Positions 58,072-64,000 of a stretch of 64,000 nt of DNA are shown piece after piece. Each line of letters opens with the position of its first letter. Within the stretch, counting starts at the first letter, position 1. Position numbers and translations under genes: made by a program. Source of the stretch: Pseudomonadota bacterium (GTDB lineage: Bacteria; Myxococcota_A; Polyangia; GCA-2747355); contig JADJTL010000001.1 of the NCBI GenBank assembly GCA_016711215.1, forward strand, positions 531,330 through 595,329, written 5' to 3'. The notes below the pieces were generated by a model. The model saw only the letters and a program-made list of their open reading frames with translations. It did not search any database and had not been told where the DNA came from.

Positions 58072-58080
58072 CCTTCGCTA

Positions 58081-58140
58081 CTTGTGGTCGTTCTTGTGGT
58101 CGTTCTTGTGGTCGTTCTTGTGGTCGTTCTTGTGGTCGTT
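58081..58140. repeat. 12-bp perfect tandem repeat x5 (plus-strand cttgtggtcgtt; transcribed-strand AACGACCACAAG)
   Basis: Exactly 60 nt filling the greA-to-lipoprotein intercistronic gap. The last unit overlaps the greA TAA by 2 nt. Confidence 0.95.
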
Positions 58141-58639
58141 ACTTGGGCTCGCTCGCGCCCTCGCTGGTCAGCGCGCTGAACGAGACATCGACGATTTCGT
58201 AGTCGCGCGGACCGCCGGGCGCCCGGACCGTGACCTCATCGCCGATGGTGTGGTTGATCAGCGCGCGAGCCAGGGGCGAGCTGATCGAGATCAGGCCCTG
58301 CTTGGCATCCGATTCGTCCTCGCCGACGATGGTGTAGACGGCCTGCTCGCCGCTCTCCGAGTCCTCGACCTTGACCGTGGCGCCGAAGACGACGCGTTCG
58401 CCCGAGAGCTTGGCCGGATCGATCACGTTCGAGAGCGCGAGCTTCGATTCGAGATCGCGGATGCGCCCTTCGAGGAACCCCTGGCGCTCCTTGGCGGCGT
58501 GGTACTCGGCGTTCTCCGAGAGATCGCCGAGCTCGCGCGCGACCAGGATGATCTCCGAGAGGCGCGGCCGCTCGGCCTTGCACTGGCGCAGGTCTTCCTT
58601 GAGGCGCGCGTAGCCGCGGGGGGTCATGGGCACCTTCAT
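58139..58639 (-). CDS. greA: transcription elongation factor GreA
   Basis: ORF trimmed to MKVPMTPRGYARLKEDL... DLSENAEYHAAKE coiled-coil motif. ATGA overlap with the upstream HEAT gene stop supports this start. Confidence 0.9.
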   Translation of the reverse strand: MKVPMTPRGYARLKEDLRQCKAERPRLSEIILVARELGDLSENAEYHAAKERQGFLEGRIRDLESKLALSNVIDPAKLSGERVVFGATVKVEDSESGEQAVYTIVGEDESDAKQGLISISSPLARALINHTIGDEVTVRAPGGPRDYEIVDVSFSALTSEGASEPK

Positions 58640-59382
58640 CGCGTCGGCTCCTTCTTCGGCCGAATGCGGCCCTTGCCGTCGATGACGTAGTCGTCGGGGA
58701 GCTGCTGCTCGATCGTGCCCCGATGACCCTTGACGGTCCACTCGGTAGCCACGAAGCCCTGGAGGATGCGGTTCTTCAGCCGACGGCTCTCCTCCTCGGG
58801 ATCGATCAAGAGCGCGAGCAGGGGCTCGCGGGCGACCGCCTCGTTGCCGCGCGCGATCAGCCCCTCGACGGTGACGAAGCGAACGGTCTCGTCGTGATCT
58901 TGCAGGAAGGGGACGATCGCGGCAGGCACGCGGGGGTCGTCGAAGGCACCGAGACACGCGATCAGCTGAACCTTGCGCGAGGGATCACGCTCATAGCCGG
59001 GCTCGTAGCGCGCGAGCACCTCGGCCAGGACCTCCCACTTCTGCTGAGGCGAGCAGGCCTCGCCGAGCAGGCGCAGCCCCCAAGAGAGCGAGGGCGAGCT
59101 GCTCAGGTGGAGCCGCAGCGCGGGAAGCACGCGCTCGCCGAGCGAGAGCAGCCCCTCGAAGACGTAATCCTTTTCGTCCTCGTCGCTGACGAGGTTGGTG
59201 TCGTAGTTGAAACTGAAGCGGCGCAGCAGGCCCTCGATGGCCTGATCGCTGCCGTCATCGAAGAGCCGCTGCAGCGCCGGCTGACGATCGTCGGGCTTGA
59301 TGCGTGGGTTGCCAGCCTTGGCGATCGCGCGCTGCAGCGAGCGCGCCCGTCGTTCGTCGCGATTGAAGAGGGATTTCAGCAC
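58636..59382 (-). CDS. HEAT-repeat-like hypothetical protein
   Basis: 248 aa of helical repeats (DETVRFVTVEGLIARGNEAV...). Translationally coupled to greA. Confidence 0.6.
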   Translation of the reverse strand: MLKSLFNRDERRARSLQRAIAKAGNPRIKPDDRQPALQRLFDDGSDQAIEGLLRRFSFNYDTNLVSDEDEKDYVFEGLLSLGERVLPALRLHLSSSPSLSWGLRLLGEACSPQQKWEVLAEVLARYEPGYERDPSRKVQLIACLGAFDDPRVPAAIVPFLQDHDETVRFVTVEGLIARGNEAVAREPLLALLIDPEEESRRLKNRILQGFVATEWTVKGHRGTIEQQLPDDYVIDGKGRIRPKKEPTR

Positions 59383-59463
59383 GGTGTCATTGCTCGCGTC
59401 GGGCGAAAGGGCGCCTCTACCGGTCTCGGTCGGCGGCAGTGTGCCCCCGGAGGCGCAAAGCGG

Positions 59464-60195
59464 TCAATAGCGCGGCGCGAGCGCGGCGCGCCGTGCGGCG
59501 ACGGCAGCGACCCAGGGGGCGTAGAGGCGGGCGGCCGCGTCCTGCAGCGTGGCCACGCGACGGGGCAGGTCGATCGTCATCGCTTCGGGCGTCTGCACCG
59601 TGCTGGTCGCGCTCGCGGGGGCGTCGCTCCCCGCGGCCCACTGCTCGACCATCGCGGTCGTCATCTCGACATGGCATTGCAGTCCGAGAGTCGTGCTGCC
59701 GATCGCGAAGCCCTGATGGGTGCAGTGGGCGCCGCGCAGCAGCAGCGCCGCGCCTACCGGCAGGGAAAAGGTCTCGCCATGCCAATGAAACGCGACGAAG
59801 CGCGCGGGCACCGTGTCGCGCCAGGCGCTGGTCTCGGCGCTGTCGACGCGCTCGACCTCGAACCAGCCGATCTCGGGCGCGTCGTGACGCGTGACGCGAC
59901 CGCCGAGCGCGAGGCTGATCAGTTGTCCCCCGAGGCAGTGACCGAGCACGGGTACCCCGGCGCCGACGGCCTCGCGGATCAGCCGCAGCTCGGCCGCGAT
60001 CCAGGGCAGTCGATCGTTGGCGCTCATCGGGCCGCCCATGAAGACCAGGCCGGCGACGTCGTCCCAGCGGGCGGGGACCTCCGCGCCTGCATCGACGCAG
60101 ATCAGCTCGAGGGGGAGGCCTTGGGCTGCCAGCACCTCGGCGAGGAAGCCCGGACCCTCGTTGGGATGATGGCGGAACACGCGGACGGGTAGCAT
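59464..60195 (-). CDS. class-I glutamine amidotransferase-like protein
   Basis: [10 protein letters not shown]...[12 protein letters not shown] (nucleophile Cys elbow)...FHWHGE pattern. Confidence 0.8.
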   Translation of the reverse strand: MLPVRVFRHHPNEGPGFLAEVLAAQGLPLELICVDAGAEVPARWDDVAGLVFMGGPMSANDRLPWIAAELRLIREAVGAGVPVLGHCLGGQLISLALGGRVTRHDAPEIGWFEVERVDSAETSAWRDTVPARFVAFHWHGETFSLPVGAALLLRGAHCTHQGFAIGSTTLGLQCHVEMTTAMVEQWAAGSDAPASATSTVQTPEAMTIDLPRRVATLQDAAARLYAPWVAAVAARRAALAPRY

Positions 60196-60331
60196 CGGTG
60201 ACTCCTGGCGCGCGGCTGAGGGCGAAGGTCGGAAGGCGCGGTCTAGTCTGTTGCGGTCTGGTGTCGCGCTCGCGCCCGCGGATCAGTATACTCCGCGGCG
60301 CGCGTGCCGCCGAGCCAACCGTTGGCGCGTG

Positions 60332-62389
<2,058 letters not shown>

Positions 62390-62408
62390 ACGACGCGCGA
62401 GGCGCGCG

Positions 62409-63413
62409 CTAGCGTAGGGTCAGCAGCAGGCTCCCCGTCGCGGCAGCGGCGACGCCCGTGCCGAGCAGGGTCCAGCCCAGCGTCGCGGTGCGGCGTTCGC
62501 CGCGGCAGACCTCGCCGAAGGTGCGACCCGCGCTGCAGTCCACCGCGTTGCCGTCGACCAGCAGCAGGGCCACCCCACCGACGATGGCGGCGACGCCGGT
62601 GACGACGGCGCTCCAGCCGCTGGTGCGTCTCCAAGGCGGCAGGACACCGGGGGCGGCGTCGGCCGCGTCGGCGCTGCTGGCGGCGGCCGAGGGCAAGAGG
62701 ACCAGCGAGAGCGCGAGGCGCTCGCCGGCGGTGCTCGTGATCGTGCGCCGCTCCGAGAGATGGCCCGCGGCCCGCGCCTCGAGGCGATGCGGGCCCGCCG
62801 CGAGCGAGAGCGTCTGTGGCGCGCGCCCGACCGGGCGATCGTCGACGACGAGCTCGGCTGCAGCCGGCTGGGTCGTGATGACCAGGGTCGCCGGCGCCTC
62901 ACGCTCGACACGTTGGCGGGCGACGAGCTCAGAGGCTGCCAAGTCCATCGTCTCGGCGGCGGCGCTGATGCCGCAGACGTCGCAGCGACGCTCCAGCTCA
63001 CTGACCGTGCGCCCGGTCCGGCCGTCGGCCAGCCAGAGGCTGATCTGATAGTCGTCGTAGCGCACCGCCACGCGCCCGCCGGCGACGAAGCGGGCGCTGA
63101 GCTGGCTCGCCAGCCCCTGGCGGCAGGCGGGGCCGCAGCCCCCGGAAGAGGGCAAAGGCATCTTCGCCAGGCTGCCGCCGACGACCGTCATGCCCGCGGC
63201 GGTGACGCCCAACGAGAGGCGCTGGTCGAGCACCTGCAGCGCGCGGGAGGCAAGCTGTCCATTGACGTCGAGCGGCAGGACGGCCACGCGTGGCTGCCCC
63301 AGCGCGGTCTGCGGGGCGGCGCCGACGAGCGCGAGAGTCAGCGCGATGGCGAGCAGCGGCGCGGCTGAGCAGCAGCGCGACGGGGACAGCTCGAAGGCAA
63401 GCGGGCGCGACAC
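62409..63413 (-). CDS. PEGA-domain membrane protein
   Basis: Signal-like N-terminus, PEGA block (LVITTQPAAAELVVDDRPVG...GPHRLEARAAGH) and two C-terminal TM segments. Confidence 0.6.
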   Translation of the reverse strand: MSRPLAFELSPSRCCSAAPLLAIALTLALVGAAPQTALGQPRVAVLPLDVNGQLASRALQVLDQRLSLGVTAAGMTVVGGSLAKMPLPSSGGCGPACRQGLASQLSARFVAGGRVAVRYDDYQISLWLADGRTGRTVSELERRCDVCGISAAAETMDLAASELVARQRVEREAPATLVITTQPAAAELVVDDRPVGRAPQTLSLAAGPHRLEARAAGHLSERRTITSTAGERLALSLVLLPSAAASSADAADAAPGVLPPWRRTSGWSAVVTGVAAIVGGVALLLVDGNAVDCSAGRTFGEVCRGERRTATLGWTLLGTGVAAAATGSLLLTLR

Positions 63414-63446
63414 GGCCGCAGTCTAACCGCAACGCGGTTGCTGGCG

Positions 63447-64000
63447 CTACTCCGCTCCCGCGCGGTTGGGCTCGGCCCGCGCGAGCCGCTGGGAGGCCAC
63501 GCGGTTGCCCGGATCGAGCCGCTGAGCCTGACGCCAGGCGGCGATGGCTTCGTTGCGGCGCTGGAGCTGGAGGTAGGCGTCGCCGAGCAGCAGGTGCGCG
63601 CGGACCAGCCGCGGGTCTACCGCCAGCGCCTGGCGCGCGGCGCGCACCGCGTCGACGTACCTCCCGTGCTGAAAGGCGACGGCGGCCAGGCCCGCGTAGG
63701 CCGGCGCCGTCAGCGCGTCGGCGGCGATGGCGTTGCGAAAGGCCTCGTCGGCGGCGCGGAGCTGAAGCTGCGCCAGCAGCACCTCGCCGCGCGCGACGAG
63801 GTCCGCGGCCCGGGCAGCCAGCGCAGGTTGGCCCGAGGCCGAGAGGTCGGCGGGCGCCGGTGCCGGGCGCGGCCGCGTCGCGACCCGCGGCGTAGCGCTG
63901 GTGGTGGAATCCCCGAGCGCCGCTGCCGCCCCGCCCGCGCCTGCTCGGGCGGGCGCCTCTGCGGGCGGCGCGGGCGCTGCTACGCCGGGCGCGGCCGCGC
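63447..64000 (-). CDS. TPR-repeat protein, C-terminal part (5' end beyond window)
   Basis: ORF 63447-63782 shows TPR-like helices (AYAGLAAVAFQHGRYVDAVRAARQALAVDPRLVRAHLLLGDAYL). The frame stays open upstream to the window end. Confidence 0.55.
   Translation of the reverse strand, partial: AAAPGVAAPAPPAEAPARAGAGGAAAALGDSTTSATPRVATRPRPAPAPADLSASGQPALAARAADLVARGEVLLAQLQLRAADEAFRNAIAADALTAPAYAGLAAVAFQHGRYVDAVRAARQALAVDPRLVRAHLLLGDAYLQLQRRNEAIAAWRQAQRLDPGNRVASQRLARAEPNRAGAE

Overview
High-GC (about 70%) chromosomal segment. PEGA domains, a Hanks-type Ser/Thr kinase, CGDG-type Cys-rich modules, RCC1 propellers and NtrC-like activators suggest a Myxococcota-type deltaproteobacterium. I support about 50 tightly packed protein-coding genes, mostly housekeeping. 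In order they are: ileS (partial) and glyQS; glgA plus a GH57 gene; dnaK; lon; parA, a frameshifted parB and a translationally coupled PilZ gene; a prepilin peptidase; a Ser/Thr kinase; prmC; and mgtE co-transcribed with an orphan CpaF/VirB11-like ATPase. Next comes a sigma-54 response regulator, followed by a textbook sigma-54 promoter and a complete 12-gene type II secretion cluster (gspCDEFGHIJKLMN). After that: a Rieske-flavoprotein next to a sensor-less sigma-54 activator; a Ycf46-like AAA+ ATPase paired with an HExxH metallopeptidase-like gene; queG; pdxST; rny; erpA; cspA; and a beta-lactamase/DUF1343 fusion. The last part holds a 1367-aa RCC1 double-propeller lipoprotein whose stalk is (Asn-Ala-Met)24 encoded by 24 perfect 9-bp repeats, Cys-rich lipoproteins, greA, a GATase, an EF-G paralogue, and PEGA and TPR proteins. 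I recognised no rRNA, tRNA, CRISPR array, transposase, integrase or prophage genes. Most long ORFs antisense to the listed genes are GC-driven shadow ORFs. The candidates I rate most worth follow-up are: (i) the AAA+/HExxH two-gene operon; (ii) the Rieske-flavoprotein plus sensor-less EBP pair; (iii) the parAB-PilZ operon with its parB frameshift; (iv) the sigma-54-wired T2SS with unusually long prepilin leaders; (v) the RCC1 lipoprotein and the recurrent perfect short tandem repeats. Functional calls come from reading motifs in the supplied translations, with no database search. Hand-counted motif coordinates may be off by 1-2 nt.
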